Shown piece by piece: positions 1 through 9,414 of a stretch of 64,000 bases of DNA; within the stretch, counting starts at the first letter, position 1; each line of letters starts with the position of its first letter. The translations under genes were made by a program, and so were the position numbers. Below the pieces are notes generated by a model. That model searched no databases, was not told the origin of the DNA, and saw only the letters and a list, made by a program, of their open reading frames with translations. This DNA is from a bacterium (GTDB lineage Bacteria; Patescibacteriota; Patescibacteriia; JACPHY01), in NCBI GenBank assembly GCA_030646955.1, contig JAUSKM010000015.1, forward strand, positions 285 to 64,284, in the 5' to 3' direction.

Positions 1-483
1 ACACGTCCCGCCGGCGCTTGACGGCGTTGCCTGCTCGCACGAGAGCGCGATCCAACCATCATTGCCCAGCGCCAATACCTTTGCCCAACCCGCCGCCTGC
101 CCGGTAATCGCATTGAACCGCGCTGCCCACCCACCGGGCGGGGTTGCGCCACCGTACGCGCTACACGTCGCACCAAAGCATAGCCATCCTGCGTTACGCG
201 ACCATGCGAATCCGGAGACGTAGCCACGCGCATCAACGGTGACGCCGTACGATATATCGGCGTATGCGCCACCAAGTTCGCACGGATCATTGGTGCCAAA
301 CCGCTCACAGTTCGTCCCGTTCATCGAGATCCACCCCGCTTGCTCGTTCCACGCCCACCCCGCCACGTTGTCCGTCCCCGATGCGTCCGCCGCACGCGGC
401 GCGGCAAATACAACCACGGCCGCGACAACAGCCACGACCGACCACCAGCCGCCCCCAACATGCTTGCGGCGGTTCTCCACCAT
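1..483 (-). CDS. Partial CDS (N-terminal portion; 3' end lies beyond window start): membrane-anchored/secreted Trp/Gly-rich repeat protein
   Basis: Reverse complement of 1-483 is stop-free from ATG (RC of cat 481-483): MVENRRKHVGGGWWSVVAVVAAVVVFAAP..., a hydrophobic helix followed by repeated (A/S)GW(A/I) segments. It is absent from the ORF track because it runs off the edge. The co-located plus-strand ORFs are R/P-rich junk. Confidence 0.4.
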   Translation of the reverse strand, partial: MVENRRKHVGGGWWSVVAVVAAVVVFAAPRAADASGTDNVAGWAWNEQAGWISMNGTNCERFGTNDPCELGGAYADISYGVTVDARGYVSGFAWSRNAGWLCFGATCSAYGGATPPGGWAARFNAITGQAAGWAKVLALGNDGWIALSCEQATPSSAGGTC

Positions 484-519
484 AGTCATCCAGTGTACCA
501 CGATGTTGCACTCACCCTT

Positions 520-600
520 TTCCCGCAACTCCCACCCCCTCTATCTCCCTCCTCCCAACGGGAGGGGGAGGACCGGACTTCTGATCCCTCCCCTCCTGTG
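520..600. repeat. GC-rich hairpin element (CTCCCTCCTCCC-N-GGAGGGGGAGG type), intergenic
   Basis: ctccctcctcccaacgggagggggagg followed by ccctcccctcctgtgccccaccctc. Same family as the copies at 4864, 14803, 21674, 26190, 45729, 56233 and 60161. Confidence 0.5.
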
Positions 601-608
601 CCCCACCC

Positions 609-1031
609 TCACACCGCATCCACGCGCCCCCGCGCGTCGATCGCCGCATTGACCATCCGGTCTGCATCGCAATTCTGCTCACGTCGCACATGGGTGAATG
701 TACACCGCCGAAACCGCTGCGCCAAACCGACGATGCGGACGAAGAGCGGTGCCAGGCCGGCATTCTTCACGCGGTACTGCCGATTGAGCTGCTTCACGAG
801 CAACTCGGAATCCGCAAACGCCTCCACTTCCGTCGCCCCAAGCACGTGCGCACGCTCCAACGCGGCCACCATCGCGCGGTACTCTGCCTGGTTGTTCGTC
901 ATCTCGCCCAGGTACTCACCAAACGCCGCGAGCGTCTTTCCGTCGGCATCCGTGATGAACACGCCCGTCCCCGCCGGACCCGGGTTCCCCCGCGCACCAC
1001 CATCAGTAAAAATACGAACAAGCATATCCAT
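609..1031 (-). CDS. rnhA: Ribonuclease HI
   Basis: ORF 609..1118 contains MDMLVRIFTDGGARGNPGPAG...NNQAEYRAMVAALE, a RNase H fold signature. Start taken at the MDML methionine. Confidence 0.8.
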   Translation of the reverse strand: MDMLVRIFTDGGARGNPGPAGTGVFITDADGKTLAAFGEYLGEMTNNQAEYRAMVAALERAHVLGATEVEAFADSELLVKQLNRQYRVKNAGLAPLFVRIVGLAQRFRRCTFTHVRREQNCDADRMVNAAIDARGRVDAV

Positions 1032-1059
1032 GAGACCGTAGAAAAAGTGGATAACACAA

Positions 1060-1190
1060 CCCTCCTTTGTCATTTCGACAAGTCCGCGAGGAGAAATCTC
1101 ACCCATCCTTCCCGTCATTTCGACCGACGGAGTCCTCGAGGGAGTGGAGAAATCTCACCCATGCGTCGAACGGGCTCGAAATGACGGGGA
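1060..1190. repeat. Composite of MITE-like palindromic elements (GTCATTTCGA / GAGAAATCTCAC / TCGAAATGAC modules)
   Basis: gtcatttcgac...gagaaatctcaccc...cgtcatttcgaccgac...gagaaatctcaccc...tcgaaatgacgg. These are inverted repeats of the same module seen at 9864, 48108, 7841 and 24851. Confidence 0.6.
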
Positions 1191-1300
1191 GGAGAGCGGC
1201 GCGAGATTCCTCGGTCCCTCTTCGCGCGCGGAGCGCTTCGGAAGGACAAGCAGACCTCGGAATGACATGCAACTTGATATCTCGATCGGATAGAAACACA

Positions 1301-3055
1301 TCACTTCGTCTCTCGCACGTCCACCACCTTCACTTGCGCATCGCGGCGGCCGTTCCACTCATTGATGTCCAGCTCGTACACGACATCAATGCGATTGCCT
1401 ATCGCGATGTTCGGGCAGATGTCCGCGTAGCGAAAGCAGACGAGCGTGTACTTTTTTCGATCCTCCTGCACGCCAATTCGGCAATGTGCGCCGGTTGCGC
1501 CCATGGTGCGCACGTCGGCAACGGTGAGCCCGCGCGCGAGAAACCGCGGCTGCGGATTGCCAATGCCAAAGGGCTCTAGCTGCTCCAACTGCTCCGCGAG
1601 CGCCAGCGTCGCATGCGCAAGTGGCAGCTCGGCATCTACCGCAATGGTCGGAACGAGGTCTGCGTCCGTCAGCGTCGCACGGGCGTACGCCTCGATGCCA
1701 TCGCGGAACGCGGGGATGGCATCCACTCCCGTCAGCGTCAGTCCGCACGCTTGCGGGTGGCCGCCGTATGCCGCCAGCGTCCCACGCACCGCGTCCAGCG
1801 CGCGGACAATGTGGAATCCGGCAATGCTGCGTCCGGATCCCGTCACGCGCCCGCCAGCGGTGGTGAGCGCGATGGCCGGCCGATGGTGTCGCTCTTTGAG
1901 CGCGCTCGCCACAAGCCCCACGATGCCCGGCGGCCACCACTCGCCTACCACCACCAGCGTCCGGCGATCGCCCAGCTCCCCCACTTGCGCAAACGCCTCC
2001 TCGTTGGCGCGCAGCACCAGCTGCTGGCGCTCGCCGTTCGTCGCGTTGATCTGGTCCGCAAGCTGCGCGGCCTCTGCTGCGTCCGTAGTGCGCAGAAGAC
2101 GCAGTGCAACCGATGCGTGGTCAATACGCCCGGATGCATTGATGCGCGGCGCGATTTGGAATCCGATGGTGCCCGGCGTGATGCGCTCCGGCACAATCTT
2201 TGCAATCTCGTAGAGCTTCTGGAGGCCGAGGCGCCGCGTTTTGGCCAACACCAGAAGCCCATAGCGCACGATGACGCGGTTCTCGCCCGTGAGCGGCCCA
2301 AAATCCGCCACGGTGGAGATCGCCGCGCAGTCGAGGAGCCATTTCGCAAATCCCTCTGGCAAACGCCGATCGCTCCGCTGCGCATCGTGCTGCACAATCG
2401 CCTCGCAGAACTTCAGTGCCACGCCGCCACCCGTCAGCTCCTGGTACGGGTACTGCTCGCCGCGCGCCTTCGGGTGCAGGATCGCAAACGCCGGCGGCAG
2501 TGCCTCGGCACCAGATGCATCTGTCGGAATAAGATGGTGATCGGTGATGACGACATCAATGCCGACCTCGCGCGCCGCTGCAACAGTTGCCGCGTTCGCA
2601 ATGCCGCAGTCGCACGTGATAATGACCGTCGCGCCCAGTGCTCGCGCGCGCGCAAGGCCGGGCTCTTTGAACCCGTACCCGTCCTCCTCGCGGTGCGGGA
2701 TGAACGCATCCGCGCTGCACCCGAATGCGGTCAGCGTCTCCGTGAGCACCGCCGCGCCCGACACGCCATCCGCGTCGTAATCGCCATGCACCAAAATGCG
2801 CTCGCCGCGCTCGCGCGCGAGAACAATTCGCTCCACGGCCTTGGCCATGTCCCGAAACAAACATGGATCGTGCCGGTGTGTATCGTAGTCCGGGTGCAAG
2901 AATGCCGCAATCGCAGCAGGAGAACGCATCCCCCGCTGGTACAACAGCTGTGCCACCGCTGGCGGCAGATCCGCATGCGCCGCCAGAAACTCCCCCGGAA
3001 CCTGCTCCGCCACCCGCCACTCCCGCGCCACGCGCTGCATCGCTGTGTACGACAT
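1301..3055 (-). CDS. recJ: Single-stranded-DNA-specific exonuclease RecJ
   Basis: 584-aa ORF with a DHH domain (ILVHGDYDADGVSGAAVL...ITDHH) and a DHHA1-like C-terminal part, typical of RecJ. Confidence 0.85.
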   Translation of the reverse strand: MSYTAMQRVAREWRVAEQVPGEFLAAHADLPPAVAQLLYQRGMRSPAAIAAFLHPDYDTHRHDPCLFRDMAKAVERIVLARERGERILVHGDYDADGVSGAAVLTETLTAFGCSADAFIPHREEDGYGFKEPGLARARALGATVIITCDCGIANAATVAAAREVGIDVVITDHHLIPTDASGAEALPPAFAILHPKARGEQYPYQELTGGGVALKFCEAIVQHDAQRSDRRLPEGFAKWLLDCAAISTVADFGPLTGENRVIVRYGLLVLAKTRRLGLQKLYEIAKIVPERITPGTIGFQIAPRINASGRIDHASVALRLLRTTDAAEAAQLADQINATNGERQQLVLRANEEAFAQVGELGDRRTLVVVGEWWPPGIVGLVASALKERHHRPAIALTTAGGRVTGSGRSIAGFHIVRALDAVRGTLAAYGGHPQACGLTLTGVDAIPAFRDGIEAYARATLTDADLVPTIAVDAELPLAHATLALAEQLEQLEPFGIGNPQPRFLARGLTVADVRTMGATGAHCRIGVQEDRKKYTLVCFRYADICPNIAIGNRIDVVYELDINEWNGRRDAQVKVVDVRETK

Positions 3056-3225
3056 AATGCCCGCAACCTACGCGCTCCCCGCCACCCGCTAAAAACTCAA
3101 CCCCACCCCCACGGTGAACGCGAGCATGCTCACAATAACGAGCACGCTGATGACGGCCCAAATGCGCTTGATGGTGTTATGGGACATACCGTGCAACAAA
3201 AATACTACAATCCATCGTACCACGC

Positions 3226-5157
3226 TCACCGCTTGAGCACGGCGATGTAGGCCTCCGGGGGGAGGTCAACACGGCCGGTGGCGCGCATGGCTTTCTTGCC
3301 TTTCTTCTGCTTCTCCAGGAGCTTCTTCTTGCGCGTAACGTCGCCGCCGTAGAGACCGGCAGTGACGTCCTTGCGGAGCGGCGAGATGCGGGCGCTGGCG
3401 ACAATCTTGCCACCGATCGCCGCCTGAATGCGCACCTCAAACTGGTGGCGCGGGATCACGTCCTTGAGCCGCTCGACGATCCGCCGCCCCACCTGCTGCG
3501 CTTCGTCCTCGTACACAATTGTCGCGAGCGATTCCTCTGGTTCGTCCACAACAAAAATGTCGAGGCGCCGCACGTTCGCCTCGCGGTGCTCGGAAATTTC
3601 GTAATTCATGGACGCGTACCCCTGGGAAACACTCTTGAGCCGATCATAAAAATCCACCAGCACCTTCGCAAGCGGCAGCTCGTACTTCAGGAGCGCGCGC
3701 CGTTGCCCCTCGATGCCGCCGGCAAGGTACTCCGTGGTGCGGTAGGTGCCGCGGTACTCCTGGCAGAGCTGCATGAGCCCGCCCACGTACTGCTCTGGCG
3801 TCACGATGTCCATGCGCACCCACGGCTCCTCAATTGCCGCGATGGACGACGGGTCCGGCAGCTCCTGCGGCGAACGGATGACTTCTCGCGCGCTGCTGTC
3901 CGCTTGGTGTTGCCGGCGCACCCAGTATGCAACACTCGGCACCGTCACCACCACGTCCATGTTGTGCTCGCGGATAAGCCGCTCCCGGAACACGTCCAGG
4001 TGGAGGAGGCCCAAGAATCCGCAGCGGAACCCCACGCCCAGTGCCTGCGAATGCTCCGGCTCCGCGACAAGCGCAGCATCGTTGAGGCGTAGCTGATCAA
4101 TGGCATCACGGAGCTGTTCCGTTTCATCCGAGTTCTTGGGGAACACGCCAGCGAACACCATGGGCCGCACGTCCTTGTACCCGGGGAGCGGCGCGGTTGC
4201 CGCGTACTTCGCGCCCGTCATAGTATCGCCAACGCGCACGCTTCGGATGTCCTTGAGGCCCGTCACGATGTATCCGATCTCCCCCGGCCCCACCTCGTCC
4301 GTCGCATAGAGCTTGGGGTTAAACGATCCCACCTCGCTGGCCTCTACCACCGTACCGGTGGTGAAGAATTTGAGTTTATCACCGCGCGCAACCGATCCGT
4401 CCACCACGCGCACATACGCGATGACGCCCCGAAAATCGTCGTACACAGAATCAAAAATGAGTGCGCGCAATCTCCGATCCCCCACCTCATCTTGAGGGGG
4501 GGGCGTCCGCACGGGTGCCGGTACCCGCTCCACCACCGCGTCGAGCAACATCGCAACGCCCTCGCCCGTCTTTCCGGAGACGGCAAGAATCTCCTCACGC
4601 GCGCATCCCAACAGCTCCATGATTTCCTGCGCCGTGCGCTCAACGTCCGCCGCCGGCAGATCAATTTTGTTGATCGCCGGAATAATGACGAGGTCCTGCT
4701 CCATCGCCAAGTACAGGTTCGCAATCGTCTGCGCCTGCACACCCTGCGTCGCATCTACGAGCAGGATTGCTCCCTCCACTGCCGCAAGCGAACGCGAGAC
4801 CTCGTACGTGAAGTCCACATGCCCGGGCGTGTCGATGAGGTGGAATATGTACTCCTCCTGATGATCCCCCACCTCCCGCTCGTCTGCGTCCGCCGGAGCG
4901 CGGAGGGAGGAGGGGCGAGGGGGGGTGGGCGTCCGCATCGTTCCGCCATGCGCGCCCAGCGTCCATCGCATGCGGACTGGCGCCAGCTTGATCGTAATCC
5001 CCCGCTCCTGCTCCAGGTCCATCTGGTCCAGCGTTTGCTGCTTCATGTCCCGGCTACTCACCGTTCCCGTGAGCTCCAACATCCGGTCCGCCAGCGTGGA
5101 TTTGCCGTGGTCAATGTGGGCGATGATGCAAAAATTGCGAATGGATGATGATTCCAT
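3226..5157 (-). CDS. lepA: Elongation factor 4 (LepA)
   Basis: MESSSIRNFCIIAHIDHGKSTLADRMLE...DTPGHVDFTYEVSRSLAAVEGAILLVDA. The ORF track extends upstream to 5394 as non-coding read-through. The gene carries two in-frame GC-hairpin insertions (see repeats at 4488 and 4864). Confidence 0.9.
   Translation of the reverse strand: MESSSIRNFCIIAHIDHGKSTLADRMLELTGTVSSRDMKQQTLDQMDLEQERGITIKLAPVRMRWTLGAHGGTMRTPTPPRPSSLRAPADADEREVGDHQEEYIFHLIDTPGHVDFTYEVSRSLAAVEGAILLVDATQGVQAQTIANLYLAMEQDLVIIPAINKIDLPAADVERTAQEIMELLGCAREEILAVSGKTGEGVAMLLDAVVERVPAPVRTPPPQDEVGDRRLRALIFDSVYDDFRGVIAYVRVVDGSVARGDKLKFFTTGTVVEASEVGSFNPKLYATDEVGPGEIGYIVTGLKDIRSVRVGDTMTGAKYAATAPLPGYKDVRPMVFAGVFPKNSDETEQLRDAIDQLRLNDAALVAEPEHSQALGVGFRCGFLGLLHLDVFRERLIREHNMDVVVTVPSVAYWVRRQHQADSSAREVIRSPQELPDPSSIAAIEEPWVRMDIVTPEQYVGGLMQLCQEYRGTYRTTEYLAGGIEGQRRALLKYELPLAKVLVDFYDRLKSVSQGYASMNYEISEHREANVRRLDIFVVDEPEESLATIVYEDEAQQVGRRIVERLKDVIPRHQFEVRIQAAIGGKIVASARISPLRKDVTAGLYGGDVTRKKKLLEKQKKGKKAMRATGRVDLPPEAYIAVLKR
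4488..4514. repeat. Small GC hairpin (CCCCCACCTC...GAGGGGGGGG) inside lepA
   Basis: cccccacctcatcttgagggggggg. It encodes the extra segment APVRTPPPQDEVGD relative to the canonical LepA alignment. Confidence 0.4.
4864..4934. repeat. GC-rich hairpin element inserted in-frame in lepA
   Basis: atcccccacctcccgctcgtctgcgtccgccggagcgcggagggaggaggggcgagggggggtgggcg. It encodes an insertion of about 30 aa, GAHGGTMRTPTPPRPSSLRAPADADEREVGDHQ, between the conserved KLAPVRM and EYIFHLIDTPGHVDF segments. Confidence 0.6.
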
Positions 5158-5200
5158 ATATCGGGATGGTAGCAGCAACAATAGGAACCCGAAAATGGGA

Positions 5201-6802
5201 TCACCCTCGCGCCTCGTCTGCGCCACCAAAGGCACGGGGGACGGCGCGGAGGGCGTGACGACGGAGCGCGAGCGCAAGCGCGGTAATTTCATCGGATTTG
5301 AGGAGGATACCAACGGCAAGGTACGCCCCGAAGCCCAGGCCCCCTGCCAGGAAACCCTGCAACGCGATGCCGATGAATGTCTGTGTCCCCACAAGCGCGG
5401 CGATGCTGGGCTTCACCACCTGGATGACCACGCCCATGACGAGTGCAGCGATGAGGAATTTCCCGATGGCGATACCCGTACGCCGTCCATCCAGCCCGCC
5501 GGCGCGGCGACGCAATGCGACGAGGAGCGCGAGCGCCTGGACGATACCCGCGAGCGCCAACGCCAACGCGAGGCCCTGCGGACCAAATGTGCGACCCAGG
5601 AACCACGCAGCCGCGATGCCGAGCACATCCGCCGCCACGCTGATGACGAACGGCGTGCGCGTGTCCTCGAAGGCGTAAAACGCACGCGTCAAAAGCGGGA
5701 TGAGCATCGCAAAAAAGAGTCCAACGCCAAACGCCTCCACCGTTTCCAATGTTCGAACCGTATCCTCCCATCCAAACGCGCCAGCACCCAGGAGCACGCG
5801 GACGATCTGCGCTTTGAGTGCCAAGAGCATCACGACAGCAGGCAGCGCGAGGAGCGCGATCTGTCGAAACGTCGCAGAGAAATACTGCCGGAACTGTTCG
5901 ATGTCACCAGCAGCAACTGCGCTCGACAAGCGCGGGAATGCGGCGATGGCGAACGCGATGCCAATGAGCGCGATCGGCACATGTTGGATGTTCGCCGCAA
6001 ACGTAAACACCGCGAGCGATCCCGCGGCGAGCGTGGACGCAATGCCGGCGACGATGAGCAGCTGCACCTGCTGCGCGCCAAGCGATGCGACACGCGGGAG
6101 AAGGTTCACAAACAACAATCGCACCTCGCGATCGCGCCACGTTGGCGCCCACTGTACCCGCAGCCCCGTACGCGCCGCAGCCACCCATTGCATCGCAAGG
6201 TGCGCGGCAGCACCCAGCACCACGCCCCACGCGATTCCTACCGGGCCGAGCATCGGCGCCAGCGCGAGGACGCCGCCGATGATGCCAAGATTGTAGAGGA
6301 GCGGTGCCGCCGCAAACGCGAAGAAGCGCTCCTCTGCCTGCAATACGCTACCAATGACAGATGAGAGGCCTAGGAGTGCCGTCGCGATGAACAGGATGCG
6401 GCCAACCTGCACGGTGAGCGCAAGCTGCTCCGACGAAAACCCAGGCGCAATAGCCGCAAAGAGCGGCGTCGCCGCAAGTGCGCCAATGCTCCCACACAGC
6501 AGGAGGAGAAACGCGGCATTGGTGAACACCTGCGAGGCGAAACGATGTGCGCGGTCACGCCCACCCGCGCGCAGCCGAATAAAAATCGGCACGAACGCCG
6601 CGGAGAGCGCGGCGAGGCCAAGGAGGTTGAAGGCAAAATCCGGGATGCGGAATGCCGCGTAGTACGCGTCGAGTACCGACCCCGCACCAAACGTGGTGGC
6701 GAGGATGCGATCGCGCACGAGTCCCAGGATGCGGCTCGCAAGCGAGAGCGCTGCAATGAGCAGCGCGGAAGCGACGGTGGTTTGTCCCAAGCGCATAGGC
6801 AA
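5201..6802 (-). CDS. murJ: Lipid II flippase MurJ (MviN family)
   Basis: 533-aa polytopic membrane protein. N-terminus LGLVRDRILATTFGAGSVLDAYYAAFRIPDF is typical of MurJ. Confidence 0.85.
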   Translation of the reverse strand: MPMRLGQTTVASALLIAALSLASRILGLVRDRILATTFGAGSVLDAYYAAFRIPDFAFNLLGLAALSAAFVPIFIRLRAGGRDRAHRFASQVFTNAAFLLLLCGSIGALAATPLFAAIAPGFSSEQLALTVQVGRILFIATALLGLSSVIGSVLQAEERFFAFAAAPLLYNLGIIGGVLALAPMLGPVGIAWGVVLGAAAHLAMQWVAAARTGLRVQWAPTWRDREVRLLFVNLLPRVASLGAQQVQLLIVAGIASTLAAGSLAVFTFAANIQHVPIALIGIAFAIAAFPRLSSAVAAGDIEQFRQYFSATFRQIALLALPAVVMLLALKAQIVRVLLGAGAFGWEDTVRTLETVEAFGVGLFFAMLIPLLTRAFYAFEDTRTPFVISVAADVLGIAAAWFLGRTFGPQGLALALALAGIVQALALLVALRRRAGGLDGRRTGIAIGKFLIAALVMGVVIQVVKPSIAALVGTQTFIGIALQGFLAGGLGFGAYLAVGILLKSDEITALALALRRHALRAVPRAFGGADEARG

Positions 6803-6821
6803 CTCCCATTGTACCGCACAA

Positions 6822-6849
6822 CACGCATCCGGCCGAAGCCGGATGCGTG
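6822..6849. terminator. Stem-loop (11-bp stem, UUCG-type tetraloop) between hpf and murJ; possible attenuator/terminator
   Basis: acgcatccggc-ttcg-gccggatgcgt on the minus strand, downstream of the hpf stop. There is no clear U-tract. Confidence 0.3.
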
Positions 6850-6885
6850 TTTGATGTATTGAGCCAGAAGCTAGCAGCTCGCAGC

Positions 6886-7260
6886 TTATGACGCTACTGC
6901 TTCCTCCGAAACACGCCGCGCGCTTGCTCCCGCGTGCATCCCCTGCATCGTACCGGCCACTCGGTGACGCTTGCGCATCTGAAGCACCAGTTTGTCCTTC
7001 GCGAGGTCAATCGCTTCGCGGAGCGTATGATCGTCCTCCTCCGCAAGCCACTTGTATGTATCAACCGTCAGCGTCAGGGATACCTTAAACGCCTTCTTCT
7101 TGGCAAAGCGCTCCGCCCGGAACGTCAGCAACGGCTCTTCTGTTCCTGCAGGGAGACGCAGCAACGCCCGCTCAATCGTCTTTGCCTTCACGACGAAATA
7201 CTGCCGGCAGAAATGCTGGTCAAACTCACCCACCTTCTTGTAGCTGTAGGAAACCTTCAT
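6886..7260 (-). CDS. hpf: Ribosome hibernation-promoting factor / RaiA (YfiA/HPF family)
   Basis: MKVSYSYKKVGEFDQH...EEDDHTLREAIDLAKDKLVLQMRKRHR has the HPF-like pattern (cf. E. coli ...QDMYAAIDGLIDKLARQLTKHKDK). Confidence 0.65.
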   Translation of the reverse strand: MKVSYSYKKVGEFDQHFCRQYFVVKAKTIERALLRLPAGTEEPLLTFRAERFAKKKAFKVSLTLTVDTYKWLAEEDDHTLREAIDLAKDKLVLQMRKRHRVAGTMQGMHAGASARRVSEEAVAS

Positions 7261-7422
7261 AGGATAGGCACTCATTACTACAGCGCGGGCCAGCCGTTTC
7301 TTTCATTTCCGCCGCCCGCGTCGCATGGACAACATACCCCGCCTGTGGAAAAACTGCAAGGAGGCCCCAAGATGCCAAAAATGGGGCGGTTCTGCGATGC
7401 CGATGATGCGGGAGGTACTTGC

Positions 7423-7815
7423 TCAATCATCAACGCGCGTATTGTTTCGTGTATCGCCGAGTACTCCGAGCGCCGCTGCTGCCATGAACAAACCAAAATC
7501 GCGCACGGCGAGATCCCCGCGTGCCACGGCAGCGAGAATGGTCAAAAGGTGAAGCGCGACAACCGCGGCAACGATACGCACTCGCCACCCCACCACCAGC
7601 AACACGCCGAGGAGCACCTCCGCCACACCCACCACGCGCAGGAACTGCACGGGATCCATCGGCAACAATCCGATCATCCACGGCGGAACAAATCCCAGCC
7701 ACGACACGGTATCTGCAATCTTGCCATATCCAAAGATGAGCAGCACTGCACCCAACCCCAAACGCAACAGCAATGCCGCAGCGCTGGGGCCCGTAAAACG
7801 AGAAAGCATCCTCAT
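7423..7815 (-). CDS. DoxX-family membrane protein
   Basis: MRMLSRFTGPSAAALLLRLGLGAVLLIFGYGKI... contains four hydrophobic helices. The upstream 55 codons of the track ORF are repeat-element sequence (HCEHAKQSHT). Confidence 0.6.
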   Translation of the reverse strand: MRMLSRFTGPSAAALLLRLGLGAVLLIFGYGKIADTVSWLGFVPPWMIGLLPMDPVQFLRVVGVAEVLLGVLLVVGWRVRIVAAVVALHLLTILAAVARGDLAVRDFGLFMAAAALGVLGDTRNNTRVDD

Positions 7816-7840
7816 ACTTTGACAATAAAATTGGTGCGTG

Positions 7841-7876
7841 TGAGATTGCTTCGCATGCTCGCAATGACAATACTTA
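7841..7876. repeat. MITE-like palindromic element (GTGAGATTGCTTCGC...CTCGCAATGACA)
   Basis: gtgagattgcttcgcatgctcgcaatgacaata. Same module as 9917..9947. Confidence 0.6.
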
Positions 7877-7924
7877 GGAATAAGTGGACTTAACATTTTC
7901 GACACCGTTTTCAAACACGGTCTC

Positions 7925-9187
7925 CTACGGCTTGTATAATTCATCGATGGCCGGCTCCCACACCGTGCAATGACTTGCACCGCCTATCGCGAACAGTTTT
8001 TTGTCGGGGTAGCGCTTTTTCAGCTCGCGAAACACATCGATTGCATGTTCGTCGCGAACAATATTCATGTCCCGCAAGACATCGCTGGTGACCCTTCGTT
8101 CACCGACCAACTGCGGCTCGGTCATTTCGATAATCCTGGCCCTATCTTCTTTCCTTAACTCCGGATCATCGAACCGTTTCACAAGCTCCGCCAAGGAGAA
8201 GCCCATATGCCTCTGCAGCGAGGCATCGATATTTTCATTCGTGAGTTCGATGCCTAAAGAAACTGCCTCTTCAACGCCGCCCCCCGACAAAGCAACACCA
8301 CTACGTCTGCGTATCTCGTCGGCGGAGGGCCTCACATTGGATTCATGGGGTTTATTTTCGTCATAGGATGCATGGGCCCTGCGTGCGGCATAGGTGACCA
8401 TCCAGTCGGTCACATCTTGTGGTCCGTATTTGTGCTCACCGGTGGTTTCATCTTTCAACTTAAGGACCTCGCGAATCTGCTCGATTGTACGCGTATCCCA
8501 AGTCCGGACCTCTTTCCCTTCCCGCATCGCCAATAAAGCAATGTACGGCTCCTCCCCTTTTTCCGCGATAACCCGCGCGGGATCTTTTTTCAGGATTTCG
8601 CTCAACGACTCCCCCGGGTAGAAGTCCTCAAGCGAAAGTCCGCCTTCGATCAGCACGATGTCCGGATCTTCTTGCATCAACGCATCGACCGTGGGTTGCA
8701 TCGGCTCAACTGTATTTGCGTGCGCAAAACCACGTCCAATGAACTCCGCACCGTTTTCGGAACGTTTCTTGATCTCGTTGATTTCCTTACCGCTTTCGCG
8801 GGCCGCCTTCTCTTCCTCCGGCGTCAAAAGAAGGAGATGCAATTTCTCGATCTCAAGTGCATCCAAGCGCGCGCCACGATTACGCTCCACACGCACTTGA
8901 TCGTCGACCATATGCCCGTGTATTGCCTGCTTGGATTCTTTACTAATAATTCCTAGTGCCGCCTCCAATCCATCCACTTCTCCCTGATAATCCTCTTCTA
9001 GTGTTGCGCGCATTTCAGATTCGTCTTTCGAGGAATCCGCAGCATGAGACAGAAGACGAATATCTTGATCGATTTTCGTGATCCGCTCCTTGCGCACCTG
9101 GGCAATGGTCTCCGGGGTTTTCGCTGCAACTTTTTCCGGAACAGCCCCCATCGAATCCATTTTCGGCAGTTCTTTTCCCGAGGACAT
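7925..9187 (-). CDS. TraB/GumN-family-like protein (erythromycin esterase/TraB superfamily), likely horizontally acquired
   Basis: 420 aa. Contains a GxxH-like N-terminal motif (IGRGFAHANT) and a C-terminal xFAIGGASHC motif resembling the TraB-family VGAAHL motif. GC content is about 50% against about 66% in flanks. Flanked by direct repeats of the DoxX 5' region. Confidence 0.4.
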   Translation of the reverse strand: MSSGKELPKMDSMGAVPEKVAAKTPETIAQVRKERITKIDQDIRLLSHAADSSKDESEMRATLEEDYQGEVDGLEAALGIISKESKQAIHGHMVDDQVRVERNRGARLDALEIEKLHLLLLTPEEEKAARESGKEINEIKKRSENGAEFIGRGFAHANTVEPMQPTVDALMQEDPDIVLIEGGLSLEDFYPGESLSEILKKDPARVIAEKGEEPYIALLAMREGKEVRTWDTRTIEQIREVLKLKDETTGEHKYGPQDVTDWMVTYAARRAHASYDENKPHESNVRPSADEIRRRSGVALSGGGVEEAVSLGIELTNENIDASLQRHMGFSLAELVKRFDDPELRKEDRARIIEMTEPQLVGERRVTSDVLRDMNIVRDEHAIDVFRELKKRYPDKKLFAIGGASHCTVWEPAIDELYKP

Positions 9188-9205
9188 AAAAATACAACAA
9201 CCGCA

Positions 9206-9286
9206 TCAAGTCCGTTTTTCTCTCGTGCACAAACGCAACAGAAACGCCGCGATCTCGGAGCCCGTAAAGCGAAAAAACATCCTCAT
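9206..9286 (-). pseudogene. Duplicated DoxX 5' fragment (26 codons then stop)
   Basis: The minus strand reads MRMFFRFTGSEIAAFLLRLCTREKRT*. About 80 bp (9232-9292) duplicates 7770-7830, including gcccgtaaaRcgaRaaaRcatcctcatactYtgacaat. Confidence 0.55.
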
Positions 9287-9414
9287 ACTCTGACAATCAT
9301 CTTCGTCACCGCGTCCTGAAATACGCGAAACGCCTTCCGCCACTCTTTCTTGTGCGTGTATTGATCGTCATTGCTGACACGTACGCAGTACTGACACCCA
9401 CACCAATGATACCA

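Noticed and set aside
1613-3250. Long plus-strand ORFs (e.g. 1613..3250, 26568..28442, 30361..31779, 38115..40073, 52929..54341 portion, 47034..48077)
   Set aside because: They lie antisense to well-supported genes (recJ, dnaK, PRTase-LOG gene, giant protein, ctpA/murA, mraY). Their translations are R/A/P-rich without motifs. This is a typical high-GC antisense artefact.
3226-5394. Possible intein or large insertion in LepA (track ORF 722 aa against about 600 aa typical)
   Set aside because: The extra length is explained by 79 non-coding upstream codons before the true MESSSIRNF start, plus a 30-aa repeat-encoded loop. There are no intein splice motifs.
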